64,000 bases of DNA from positions 1,536,001 through 1,600,000 of the forward strand of contig OY760074.1 in the NCBI GenBank assembly GCA_963663035.1, given 5' to 3'. Positions 52,990-62,828 of the stretch are shown here, piece by piece; position 1 is the first letter of the stretch; each line of letters begins with the position of its first letter. The DNA comes from Acidobacteriota bacterium. GTDB taxonomy: Bacteria > Acidobacteriota > UBA6911 > RPQK01 > JADFOI01. The position numbers and the translations under genes were made by a program. The notes below the pieces were generated by a model. It ran no database searches. It saw only the letters and a list, made by a program, of their open reading frames with translations, and had not been told where the DNA came from.

Positions 52990-53529
52990 TTACTGATTGG
53001 CTAAACGCCGTTTAATCTCCTCCAGCTGCGTGCGAATCGAACCATCATAGAGGGTGGACCCGATCTGTAATTTCAATCCTCCGATCAGCGACTCATCCTG
53101 CTGATAATTGATTTTGACCTGCTTTCCAGTCAAAGTCGAGACCGCTTTTCGAAGACGCTGATCCATGGCTTCTTCCACCTCCTCACAGGAGGCGACGTCG
53201 GCTCGCAAAATACCGCGAAGCTCGTCCAAAACGCTCTCATAGGCCTCGATCATCTCCTGAAACTGGGGCAGGCGAGCGTGCTCAAGCAGGACCAGAATAA
53301 AATTGGCCACAATCTCAGTGAGGGGAATCTTCTTGGCTAATTCCTGGACGATCTTCCGCTTTGCTGAAAAAGGAATCGCCGGGTGAGTGAGTGCCTCCCT
53401 CAATTCTTGATGGGAGTTCAACAATTCAGCGAAAACCAACAGCTCATCGTGTACTTGATCTTCCTGCTGCACTTCCCCGGCCACATCAGCCAGTGCTTGT
53501 GCATATTTTAGAGCTACTGAGGAAATCAT
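52990..53529 (-). CDS. atpH: ATP synthase delta subunit
   Basis: [20 protein letters not shown]...IGS..YDGS. Confidence 0.93.
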   Translation of the reverse strand: MISSVALKYAQALADVAGEVQQEDQVHDELLVFAELLNSHQELREALTHPAIPFSAKRKIVQELAKKIPLTEIVANFILVLLEHARLPQFQEMIEAYESVLDELRGILRADVASCEEVEEAMDQRLRKAVSTLTGKQVKINYQQDESLIGGLKLQIGSTLYDGSIRTQLEEIKRRLANQ

Positions 53530-53621
53530 CTTCTCACTTCGGGCATCGGTCTAAAAAGGCTTTTCTAGCATGTTGTGAACATCGAGGTCAAGGCCGCAAC
53601 CTTATGCTAAGATGAATCGAT

Positions 53622-54005
53622 ATGTCTCGTCAAAAAGCCACAGAACAAGTCGATCTCAGTCCCGATAAGACCGATGAAATGCCCATTGTCCCCTACCGGG
53701 TTCTCTTCACTGACATTCCCTTCTACTCGGATCCAGAATGTAAAAACGAGGTTCCGGAAGCAAGAATTGCCATTCTGGAGATGCTCGATCCCGACGACAA
53801 AGTGAAGGAACTGGACGTGGTCCCCGTCTTGAAGAAATATGAGCCGGGCCAGCTGTTGCGATGGGATCTCAACAACAAGGCTGAGTGGGAAGAAAGCTGG
53901 TACCGACACCCGGAAACAGGGAAAATTGAGCGGGCCTGGACCTTTCACGTCGAATTTACCGGGGCTGTGATCAGTGATCAGATTGCTTCGCGCTTTGAGC
54001 AGTGA
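53622..54005 (+). CDS. Hypothetical protein
   Basis: 127-aa ORF divergent from atpH, with TGcTAAGAT -10 element 8 nt upstream. Confidence 0.65.
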   Translation: MSRQKATEQVDLSPDKTDEMPIVPYRVLFTDIPFYSDPECKNEVPEARIAILEMLDPDDKVKELDVVPVLKKYEPGQLLRWDLNNKAEWEESWYRHPETGKIERAWTFHVEFTGAVISDQIASRFEQ

Positions 54006-55023
54006 GTCTACTCAGCGCCCAGGAAGCATGGCGGCGGATCATGGGATCTTCATGGTGGAGGAGATTTTCCACTTCAGGAATCATTTCAGGGTCCTGGCTA
54101 TTTCCCATTGCCACCACAACATTGCGTAGGAAACCCCTCCATTTGGTGCGCTTTATGGGACTGCCCCGATAGCGTTTCTGAAAATCCTCGGGCGAGAGAC
54201 GCGCCAACTCTCGTAAATCTGGCGCCTGATTCATCTCTTTGGGTTTGAACTCCTCGACTGACGAAACGGGAGCCTTCGAATTCCAGGGACAGACATCCTG
54301 GCAGATATCGCAGCCAAAGATCAGGTTTCCCATGGGTTCTCGAAATTCTTCGGGAATATCCTCGCGCAGTTCGATGGTCAGATAGGAGATACAACGGCGA
54401 CTGTCGAGCACATAGGGTTCCACAATCGCATCGGTGGGACAGGCGTCGATGCAACGGGTACAGGAACCGCAGAAATCCGTACCCGGCACATCATAGTCCA
54501 GCTCCAGATTCAGGAGAATCTCCCCAAGGAAAAACCAGGAGCCCAAGTTTCGCGACAGCAGGTTGGTATGTTTTCCCAGCCAACCGATGCCCGACTGGGC
54601 GGCCCAGTGCTTATCCATGACAGGACCCGTGTCCACGTACACCCTTCCCTCCACCGCAGGCTCCAGTCCTCGAATAAAAGCGAAAAGCTCCTCCACCCTT
54701 TTCCCCAACACTTCATGATAGTCCTCTCCCGAGGCGTAGCGAGAAATCACCCCGCGCTCAGGCTGTTGGTAGGGAAGATCGTAAGGATGAAAGTAATTCA
54801 GGGAAAGAGAAACCACAGAACGAGCATCGGGTAAAACCTGCCTGACATCCATCCGTTTCTCGGATGTCCGTTCCATATAGGCCAGCTCTCCATGAAATTG
54901 GCGGGCCAGCCAGACCTGGAGGGTCTCTCCCGGGATTGCTGAGACAGGTGCAATACCCACTCCCTCAAAGCCCAGGGCGCGAGCCCGATCCTTGATGTGT
55001 TGGGTTCTCTCCTTCTGGTCCAT
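53971..55023 (-). CDS. queG: tRNA epoxyqueuosine(34) reductase QueG
   Basis: ISRYA.GEDYH, VDTGPV, GIGWLGKH, GSWFFLGE, CGSCTRCIDACPT, RCISYLTIE, GCDICQDVCPWN. Confidence 0.96.
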   Translation of the reverse strand: MDQKERTQHIKDRARALGFEGVGIAPVSAIPGETLQVWLARQFHGELAYMERTSEKRMDVRQVLPDARSVVSLSLNYFHPYDLPYQQPERGVISRYASGEDYHEVLGKRVEELFAFIRGLEPAVEGRVYVDTGPVMDKHWAAQSGIGWLGKHTNLLSRNLGSWFFLGEILLNLELDYDVPGTDFCGSCTRCIDACPTDAIVEPYVLDSRRCISYLTIELREDIPEEFREPMGNLIFGCDICQDVCPWNSKAPVSSVEEFKPKEMNQAPDLRELARLSPEDFQKRYRGSPIKRTKWRGFLRNVVVAMGNSQDPEMIPEVENLLHHEDPMIRRHASWALSRLTAQSAKQSDH

Positions 55024-55029
55024 ATCGGA

Positions 55030-55185
55030 AAGGAGGTAGGAGTCAGAATCCGGAAGTCAGAAGATGGGAGCCAGAAGCTAAGCAGTCTGTGGTCTGTTGT
55101 CTGTGATTAGTCTCCTACCTCCTGCCTCCTGCCTCCTGTCTTCTACCTCCTGCCTCCTACCTCCTACCTCCTACCTCCTATTCTT
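55030..55185. repeat. Heptamer tandem repeats
   Basis: CTCCTAC/CTCCTGC array at about 55112-55180 and AGGAGGT/AGTCAGA units upstream. Confidence 0.78.
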
Positions 55186-55186
55186 C

Positions 55187-55720
55187 CTATTCCGTGATTC
55201 CAAACTGACGCAGCATATATTGGTAGAATGGATCCCTCGTATACTCCCTCACCCAGTTGAGCGAAAGCACGCAACGTTCGTACTTGTCGGCCAGCTTCTT
55301 AAACACCACAGTCGTTTCCACATCCACCTCCAGCTCGCTGGCCGCCATATAGCTGCGACGCCCGGTATCGGCGTAGTGGGAGTGAGACAGCATTCGTTTT
55401 CCGTAGGTCAGGCTCTCGGGGAACATTCCCAGAATGAACAGGGTGTGGTCCCCGATCTGCTGGTAGTGTGCCTTCTTTCTGGCTCGCGGCGCCTGGGGAG
55501 CGACCTCGAACATGTCTACCAGATATTCCAGCCGCTTACCGCTTTCATCCTTCAGTGCATAGAGGTCTTCGATGTACGTGAAATGAAGAAGCAAATCGCT
55601 GAGATAACAGAGAAGATCCTTGTCGGGAATGGCAGACTGTGTCAAGGCCCGGTCGGCCACACGGCGGAAAAGCTTTTTCAGGGGATGGTTTTCAGGAATT
55701 TTACCGTCTTTGCGTATCAT
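55187..55720 (-). CDS. Conserved hypothetical protein
   Basis: 177-aa ORF (Y.SDLL..F, IGD.TLF..GMFPE, Y...G.RSY); function unknown. Confidence 0.75.
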   Translation of the reverse strand: MIRKDGKIPENHPLKKLFRRVADRALTQSAIPDKDLLCYLSDLLLHFTYIEDLYALKDESGKRLEYLVDMFEVAPQAPRARKKAHYQQIGDHTLFILGMFPESLTYGKRMLSHSHYADTGRRSYMAASELEVDVETTVVFKKLADKYERCVLSLNWVREYTRDPFYQYMLRQFGITE

Positions 55721-55839
55721 TTCCCTTGAAGCTCTCTCATCGGAAAACCTACTATAAATTTTACATTATCTTCTGACACTTCTGTGGAAGGGCGGCCTGA
55801 TTAGGGCCAAAAGAAGATAGTGTGATATTTTCTTGGTAT

Positions 55840-56364
55840 ATGAACATTCAGGATCCGCAACTGGTCAACATCCTCGTTGTGGTGATGGCAGCACTGATCA
55901 TTGGCCAAACCCTTTTACTCGTGCTGATCAGCCTCCGCATGGCCAAACAAGTTGAACATCTCGATGAAAGCCTGAGGCTTCTCTCGCGGAGATCAGCTCA
56001 AGGGGTGGCATTTGCCCAGCGGGTCATTGCGGCCGTGAAAAAGATAACTCCCGAACTCTCTGAAGTTGAAAACACGGTCGAGAAGGAGCTCACCACCTTT
56101 TTGAAGGCTTCAGAGAAAGTAGATCAGGTGGCGGGCCGCAGCCTCGACTTAATGCGTTTTGAACTGGGCAAAGCCGACAGTGGATTGGACGACCTTCTGA
56201 ACAAATTTTCGCAGCAAACCTATGCGGTTCATCGAGCCACAGTCCATCCTTCAATGCGAGTTTCGGAACTGATTCGAGCCAGCCTCAAAATCCTGAAGCA
56301 GACTCTCTCCCGAGAGAAGAAATCACCCGCCTCTTATGGGCCCGAGAAAGAAACCTTTATCTAG
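55840..56364 (+). CDS. Hypothetical protein (N-terminal TM plus coiled coil)
   Basis: Single TM followed by a helical region. Confidence 0.65.
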   Translation: MNIQDPQLVNILVVVMAALIIGQTLLLVLISLRMAKQVEHLDESLRLLSRRSAQGVAFAQRVIAAVKKITPELSEVENTVEKELTTFLKASEKVDQVAGRSLDLMRFELGKADSGLDDLLNKFSQQTYAVHRATVHPSMRVSELIRASLKILKQTLSREKKSPASYGPEKETFI

Positions 56365-56759
56365 CGGGTGTCCAGGAAAGCCAAGCTCTTCGTTCTCCGC
56401 CCCCTTCGATCCTCGACGTAGCATAGTACTCACTTTCATAAATACGATAACGTTTGTTGGGAGCGCGACGGAGCCCTGATCAAGGCGAGACGACGAGTCG
56501 ATGTCGAGACATCGGCGAGGAGAATCAACAAAGAGATGGGCCCGTCCCGCCCCAACCCTTCGGGCGGATGGGGGTTGCGGGCGATCTCTTTGGCTCTCGT
56601 CGTCGTCGATGTCCCTGACATCGCCTCCTCCTCCCTTCGCGACCTCGCCTCGCAAGCCCCATTCGCAAACGTTACCGTATTTATCAAAGGGAGTACTTGA
56701 TCTACGCCTGCGGTCGAAGGGCTTGTGCGGCCTCGATCTTGACCTTCCTGAACACCCGC
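56364..56759. mobile_element. Nested MITE-like elements (outer family C with inner element 56425-56697)
   Basis: Outer TIRs GCGGGTGTCCAGGAA / TTCCTGAACACCCGC; inner 32-bp TIRs with 3 mismatches. Confidence 0.75.
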
Positions 56760-56785
56760 AATCAGAGGGGATTAACTGGAACTGT

Positions 56786-58603
56786 TTAGTACCGGGTTGC
56801 CAGGCGGACCGTCGTCCGAATCAGCTCACCTTTCCGAAAGACAGCAATCTCCACCTCATCACCAGGACTCTTCGCTTCCAGAGCAGCGAGAAACTGGCGA
56901 AGATTGTCAATTGTCTGACCATTGAAAAGCACCAACACATCACCATCCTTCAGCCCGGCCTCCGCTGCTGGGGTCTCTGACAGAATCTGTTCAAAACGAA
57001 CACCACCTAAGCTCCAGGAGGTGTCGGGAAGCGATCCGAACCAGGGCCGGGGCCGGCGCTGACGACGACCGCCCCTCCTTTCCCGGCTTGCTGGACGATC
57101 TACCTCCACATAGGGGAGGGGCTGGTTCAGCTCCAGTAGTCGATCGAGTGAACCTCGCACCACATCCAGCACTTGACCGGTCGTTGCCACATTGATCCTC
57201 TCCCAGTCATCGGAAGGTCGGTGGTAATCACCATGCAGGCCCGAGAAGAAAAACAGCACCGGAATCTTTCTGCTGGAAAAGGAAAGATGATCGCTGGAAC
57301 CACGTAAATCGTCTGAGTAAGAGAACTGAAGTGGAGAGAATTCCTGCACCTCATCCAGAATCCTGCTGAACTCTGCCGCCGTCCTCACTCCACCGATCAA
57401 GAGATCTCCCTCACTTCGTCCAATCATGTCCAAATTGAACATGGCCGTCGTCTGCTCCAGTGGAATCGTGGGGTGCTCCGTATAATATCGCGACCCCAGG
57501 AGACCAAGCTCCTCCCCCGCGAAAGCGATGAAAAGCAAGCCCTGTTTGGGTGAAGAACTTCTACCAAGATCCTGAGCAAGCTGCAGCAATCCCGCCGTCC
57601 CCGAGGCATTATCGTCAGCCCCGTTGTGCACCTGACCCCTTGCTTCCGGAGCCAGAGATCCTATGCTTCCCAGACCCAAATGGTCATAGTGTGCACCCAG
57701 GACGATGACACTGTCGGTTTCCCCAGGGACAAGACCCAGTACATTTCTCACCGTGCGTCGAACCTGGACAATGTCCAGCGAAACAACGGCCGTGAAACCC
57801 AGATCAAAAGAGAGAGGACTCACGCTGCTGTTGATCCTGTCAGCAATCTCAACAGGATCGCGACCGCTGTGCTGCAGGAGACGCTCGCTCCATTCTCGAG
57901 TGAGCCTGAGCGAAGGGATTCCCATGTCCTCCACCTCAACTGTTCTTCTTGGCTGCTGCTCCTGACCCTGCGGGTGATTGAAGCTGTCAGACAGGAGAAT
58001 CACACCAGCCGCCCCTCTCTCCTTCGCGTTCATTATCTTATGCAGTACGGTTGCGTAAGGGGTGAGCTCCTTCCCCGCAAACAAACTGTCTTCCACCTGC
58101 TCCTGGGGCTCATGCTCAAAAACCAGCACGATCTTCCCCACAACATTCAGATCTTTGTAGTCGTCATAGTTCAGTTCAGGTGCTGAAATGCCAAATCCGG
58201 CAAACACCAACGGCCCTTGAATCACCGAATCAGGGCCCGAGGTCAGAGGGACATAATCCTTCTGAACCTGCAACCGAATCTGCTCAGTTCCGGTTTCAAC
58301 AGTGAGCTGGTTATCGGGACCAAAAGCTCGTCCCAGGCCCAGCTCGAACTCCTGGAAATAGGTTTGCTCGTCTCCAGCTGGCAAAAGACCAAAGTCGTGG
58401 AAAAGTTCTGCGATGTAGCGAGCGGCCTGCTCAAGCTCTGGACTGCCATTGCCGCGTCCTTTCATCTGATCGGATGCAAGATAGCGCAAAGATTCTAGGA
58501 AAGTGTCTGTGGTTCTGACCTGGGCCAGGCTCGGTGCGACGCTCAGCCAACAGATTGTGCTGCTCAGAAGAGCAATGAGAGAAAGTTTTGAGAGTTTCTT
58601 CAT
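56786..58603 (-). CDS. M28 family peptidase with PA and PDZ domains
   Basis: Signal peptide, LASDQMKGRG, GAHYDHLG, NGADDNASG, GEELGLLGS, SDH, DYHRPSD, C-terminal PDZ (AAEAGLKDGDV). Confidence 0.92.
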   Translation of the reverse strand: MKKLSKLSLIALLSSTICWLSVAPSLAQVRTTDTFLESLRYLASDQMKGRGNGSPELEQAARYIAELFHDFGLLPAGDEQTYFQEFELGLGRAFGPDNQLTVETGTEQIRLQVQKDYVPLTSGPDSVIQGPLVFAGFGISAPELNYDDYKDLNVVGKIVLVFEHEPQEQVEDSLFAGKELTPYATVLHKIMNAKERGAAGVILLSDSFNHPQGQEQQPRRTVEVEDMGIPSLRLTREWSERLLQHSGRDPVEIADRINSSVSPLSFDLGFTAVVSLDIVQVRRTVRNVLGLVPGETDSVIVLGAHYDHLGLGSIGSLAPEARGQVHNGADDNASGTAGLLQLAQDLGRSSSPKQGLLFIAFAGEELGLLGSRYYTEHPTIPLEQTTAMFNLDMIGRSEGDLLIGGVRTAAEFSRILDEVQEFSPLQFSYSDDLRGSSDHLSFSSRKIPVLFFFSGLHGDYHRPSDDWERINVATTGQVLDVVRGSLDRLLELNQPLPYVEVDRPASRERRGGRRQRRPRPWFGSLPDTSWSLGGVRFEQILSETPAAEAGLKDGDVLVLFNGQTIDNLRQFLAALEAKSPGDEVEIAVFRKGELIRTTVRLATRY

Positions 58604-58631
58604 CGACTGATCATTATAATAGGTCGGTCCC

Positions 58632-59150
58632 ATGAAGGAAGTACTCAAAGCCATCCAGTACAAGAATTTAGACGAAGCCCAGCGGATATTAGAGCAGACT
58701 GTGGATGACGCATCACAGGTACTCGACGATGCCGGGGAGGAACCTCAGGGCTTACTGAGCGTCGTGCCGCTGGATCGCATACTCGAAAAACAGTTCTACC
58801 GCCTCCTGGAGAGCAAAAAGGGAGTCCTGGTAGAGGTCGAAAAGATCCCCTATTCCGGTTACGGCCCACCCGCAGACGAGCAGGATTACATGGGATTTGT
58901 GGATGAGAACGTGGCCTATGTTCTCAAAGGGTGCCGCTTGCCTATTGAAATCGAGAACTGTCCCCAGGGCGCCAGGGACATCCATCACCTGGAGGCCATG
59001 ATTATAGATCGCCAACATCCGCTCCACCGTGATCACTTGTCTCAGAAACTGGAACTGCCCTCAGACTGGGACTTCGATGTCCTCTTCGAGCAAATTTCAC
59101 AGGGTCGGTGTACGGGAGAGGAAATAGACCGAATCATCCATGAGGGTTAG
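58632..59150 (+). CDS. Hypothetical protein
   Basis: 172-aa acidic ORF divergent from the M28 gene. Confidence 0.6.
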   Translation: MKEVLKAIQYKNLDEAQRILEQTVDDASQVLDDAGEEPQGLLSVVPLDRILEKQFYRLLESKKGVLVEVEKIPYSGYGPPADEQDYMGFVDENVAYVLKGCRLPIEIENCPQGARDIHHLEAMIIDRQHPLHRDHLSQKLELPSDWDFDVLFEQISQGRCTGEEIDRIIHEG

Positions 59151-60089
59151 TCCCCACATTTCTCCAGGTAAAACTTCATCTGGCCGCTGTAAAAGAGAAG
59201 TTTCACTATGAGCCGGCCCATAAAAAAGAGCTGTTGCCAGATGATCGCCAGCAGGATAGTCCCCCAACCTTGTTGGGGGAAGAGCCCCTCTATACCGGTG
59301 TACAGGATGATCCAGGCCAATCCCAGGGCAGTGATCAACAGATAAAACCCAAAAGCTGCAATGAAATTCGTCACACAGAACCGCACCGCGGAAACGAACG
59401 CCAACACAACACTGGTGCGGTTCTCAATCGCTGTCTTGATCTTTGCATAGTCAAACAGCATATTCAGAAAGAGGAAGATTCCCAGCACAATCAGATAGCG
59501 AGCACTATTCCAATAAAAGGCGCCTCTGTCGGTCACTGCCTGGTTGGTGAGGTACTCTGCCAAATCGCCCAACGGCTCAACCATCCAGCTTGCCACAAAC
59601 CAGAAAGCCAAGACCGCTAATACGGCCAACCGGAAAAACCGGCCGAAAAACACCCCCCCATTGTGAAAGAACTGGCGGATACCGGTGCCTTGTGGATCAC
59701 GGGCAAAGGAGCCAACGGCGGCCGCCAACAGAAAGGAATTGAGCAAGATATAAAGAGCTCCCAAAGAGACGATGGCCCAAGGCAGCTCGGTCAAGTTCTC
59801 CGTCCAACAGAAGTTCCAGGTTGCGGGCAAAAGGACCGGCTCCCAGCACCCATGGCGCCAAAGTGGAAGCGAATCCCGTCACTCGATCCTGGAACAGACC
59901 GTACCAGTCGTAGTCCAGCTCTCCCACCAGTTTCTCGCGGTATAATCCCGGCCCCAGAGAATCCTCAAAGACCTGCATAAATGGAAACAGGAGAAGGGAG
60001 GCAACCACCAGGTTTGCTAGATAGAAATAGATGACCGCTTTCTTGTGGCGTCTCAGCAGCTGCCAGCCATCCTGCAGTCGCCCAAACAT
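59147..60089 (-). pseudogene. Membrane protein gene split by a one-base frameshift
   Basis: Frame A MFGRLQDGW...LLLDGE joins frame B LTELPWAIVSLG... if one base near 59796-59801 is removed; directly downstream of the M1 peptidase. Confidence 0.65.
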
Positions 60090-60091
60090 GA

Positions 60092-62173
60092 TCACGCCAG
60101 GAAGGCGAATGTCTCCAAGAGGTTCTGCAGCCAAAACAGCCACTTGGCAGCCCACTTCCTGGTGGCCAGGGAAAAACCGTCGTCTGTCGCCGCATAGCGG
60201 CTGTTATTGAGGGGATCAATGTCCAACAGGAGTTTCCGATCAGGATCCACCACGGCATACTTCAAACGAACGGGCTTTTCCAACTGATACCGTTGCCATC
60301 GATCCTGTCCATCCCACTCCTGGCGGACCTCTTCGCCATCTTCAAAGACCATTAAAACTTCCACTGGAAACTTCGCTCCCTCCAGCCGCATGACCACGAC
60401 CTCGGTCATGTACTGGTCTGCTGTGTCCTCTGTCTCTTCTTGGGAGCTGGGGGAATCCTCTTCCTGATCGTCAAACAGTCCCTGGGGAGTGGGAATCTTC
60501 ACCGACCTGGCTGTTTCGATCCCATAATCCACCAGTTCAGCGCTGAAAAAAGTCTGCTCAAAGAACCACCCCATATCCTTTTGGGCGACCTCGTTGATTG
60601 TGGCGATGAAATCGCTGGTCGTCGGATGCTTGAATTGATATCGCTGAAAATAGGTACTCATGGCCTGAAGCATCACTTCCTCCCCCAGCCAGCGCTCCAG
60701 CGTCCACAGGATCATCTCAGGCTTGCTGTAGGAGTTGGTGCGATAGCTGGTGCGCCTCAGATATTCCCAGCCTGGACGGGTCATGACATCCAGCTTCCCA
60801 GCTCGTCGCACTGCAGCCAAGCTTGCCGTTTCAAATGGGATTTCAAAGGAGTTAAAGGTCAGTGGAATCCCTCCAAAGAGGCGTCTCATAAAACGGCTGG
60901 GCTCATAAGTGTACTTTTGTACTCGGGCCTCCGACCACGAATTGAGTCCTTCGTCCAACCATGATTCTTCAAACTCATTATTCGCCGACATTCCGTACCA
61001 CCATTGGTGGCCGACTTCGTGAATCGTCACTCCTTCCGGTGACAGGACCTTCTCAGGAGCCCAGAAACTGCCCCCTCCGGTGACAAAGGTGGGATACTCC
61101 ATACCACCTGTGTTACTTCTGTAGGCGGGGTCCACAACCGTCAACGTGTCATAAGGATAGGGGCCGAACCAATTCCCGTAATAGCGAAGAGCGTTTTGGA
61201 TAGCGGTGAAGTACCTCTCTTCCAGATGTGAATGCTCGGGTAAAAGCAAGAGGGTGATTTCCACGTCGGGCAATCGGGGATCGGAAAAGGTTTGCCTTTT
61301 CTCTAAAAACCGAGGGCTGGCGGTCCAGGCAAAATCGTGTACGTCCTCCTGGTAGTAACGGTAAGTGGTGGTTCCATCGGGATGATCCTGCTGCTCGACT
61401 CTTTTTCCAGTCGCACCGACAACAAAGTCTGCAGGGACCGTCAGGGAAACGTCAAACACTCCAAAGTCAGCGAAGTATTCAGTTGAATAGTGATACTGGT
61501 GGCAGTTCCACTGACCATCCTGAAATACGCCGATCTTGGGAAACCATTGGGCCACGAAAAAGTAGTCTTCGCTCCATCCGGTGCGCCTGGCACCTCTGGG
61601 CAGCTTTGATTCGAAATCAATTCGAAACTGAATCTCCTCCCCTGAGGGCAGCGGGTTATCCAGATGGACCATCAAGACGCTCCTGTCTTCCTGATTGTCA
61701 TCATCGGGATGAATGTAATCGAGACTGATAACTTGTTGGCGGGAACCGTTTTCGTTGGCCACCACCTGGATCGATTCAACCTCAGTGTATCCCCAGAAGT
61801 GATCCGGAGCCTGCTCAACCGAGTCCCAAAGTGATCGGAAGCTGTTCTCCCGGACGAAGGTGGAGCGGTTGTTCTTGAAGGCATTCAAGTAAAGGTGAAA
61901 ACAGAAATCTTCAAGTGCCTGCCCGCTTCGATTCTCCCAAGTCAGAATCTCATGCCCCTTGACTATTTTTTCAAGAGGGTCGAGGCCAACCTCCATGCGG
62001 TACCTCACGATCCGATCGCTGAGGACTGGCCGGTCTGCACCGAGCCCAGGGTCCCCCTGACCAGTGTCCTGCGCGGGCGCGGAGACCCCGACCGCCGAGA
62101 AACAGCACAGAAATGCAAGAGAAAAAAACCACCAGCACCAGCGCTTACGGCTATCTTGAAGATTAGTTGGCAC
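60092..62173 (-). CDS. M1 family metallopeptidase
   Basis: Signal peptide, AQWFPK, GGMEYP, HEVGHQWW...E.WLDEG. Confidence 0.93.
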   Translation of the reverse strand: MPTNLQDSRKRWCWWFFSLAFLCCFSAVGVSAPAQDTGQGDPGLGADRPVLSDRIVRYRMEVGLDPLEKIVKGHEILTWENRSGQALEDFCFHLYLNAFKNNRSTFVRENSFRSLWDSVEQAPDHFWGYTEVESIQVVANENGSRQQVISLDYIHPDDDNQEDRSVLMVHLDNPLPSGEEIQFRIDFESKLPRGARRTGWSEDYFFVAQWFPKIGVFQDGQWNCHQYHYSTEYFADFGVFDVSLTVPADFVVGATGKRVEQQDHPDGTTTYRYYQEDVHDFAWTASPRFLEKRQTFSDPRLPDVEITLLLLPEHSHLEERYFTAIQNALRYYGNWFGPYPYDTLTVVDPAYRSNTGGMEYPTFVTGGGSFWAPEKVLSPEGVTIHEVGHQWWYGMSANNEFEESWLDEGLNSWSEARVQKYTYEPSRFMRRLFGGIPLTFNSFEIPFETASLAAVRRAGKLDVMTRPGWEYLRRTSYRTNSYSKPEMILWTLERWLGEEVMLQAMSTYFQRYQFKHPTTSDFIATINEVAQKDMGWFFEQTFFSAELVDYGIETARSVKIPTPQGLFDDQEEDSPSSQEETEDTADQYMTEVVVMRLEGAKFPVEVLMVFEDGEEVRQEWDGQDRWQRYQLEKPVRLKYAVVDPDRKLLLDIDPLNNSRYAATDDGFSLATRKWAAKWLFWLQNLLETFAFLA

Positions 62174-62825
62174 TCGGATCCTTGGGCTGCAAATGACGGA
62201 ATTGAGACACCACTCGCTTGCGGGCCAGAAGTCTGCGCAGGATGCCTAAAATGGTTGTGGATCTCAGCTTTAAACTATCCATCTCCAACAGCTGTTGCTT
62301 GTCATAGACAGAAAGATTCAATGAGGAACAGATGGAGTTGAGCAAGGTCGGGAAATCGAGTTCTTCCAAGACATCTATTCCCAGGTCCGGATAGGTGCCC
62401 TCCTCGTTCAGCTCGCGGAAACTCAGAGCCAATTCGGTGGACATGTCTGTCGTCTCCAGGCGGTTTGGCATCACCTCGCTCAAGAGCTTGACACGAGCAA
62501 TCCGATAGGGAGTCTCCTGAATGAACTCAACAATCTTATAGCGGCAGCGACCACTTAAGAACAGGTCGTACTTGCCCTCTTCCAAGTTTTTGTATTCACT
62601 GATCACCCCCAAGCCGCCTGTGCTGAAGACTTTGGCGTCTTGGGAAGATTGACTCTCCCAGCCCGGGTGCAACAGCGCCATCCCGATTTGCCTGTCGCCC
62701 TGAAGGGCATCCGCAATCATCTGTTTGTATCTTGGCTCAAAAATGTGAAGCGGCAGGAGAGTGTGAGGGAAAAAGACCACATTGGGAAGAGGGAAGATGG
62801 GAATGTTTTCAGTCTCTCCCGTCAT
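62163..62825 (-). CDS. LON peptidase substrate-binding (Lon N-terminal) domain protein
   Basis: IPIFPLPNVVFFP...LPLHIFEPRYKQM, KQQLLE. Confidence 0.9.
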   Translation of the reverse strand: MTGETENIPIFPLPNVVFFPHTLLPLHIFEPRYKQMIADALQGDRQIGMALLHPGWESQSSQDAKVFSTGGLGVISEYKNLEEGKYDLFLSGRCRYKIVEFIQETPYRIARVKLLSEVMPNRLETTDMSTELALSFRELNEEGTYPDLGIDVLEELDFPTLLNSICSSLNLSVYDKQQLLEMDSLKLRSTTILGILRRLLARKRVVSQFRHLQPKDPSAN

Positions 62826-62828
62826 GGC

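Noticed and set aside
56323-56980. Short ORFs across the nested MITE (also 12565-12873 and 19794-20189)
   Set aside because: Low-complexity translations of palindromic non-coding elements with no transposase motifs
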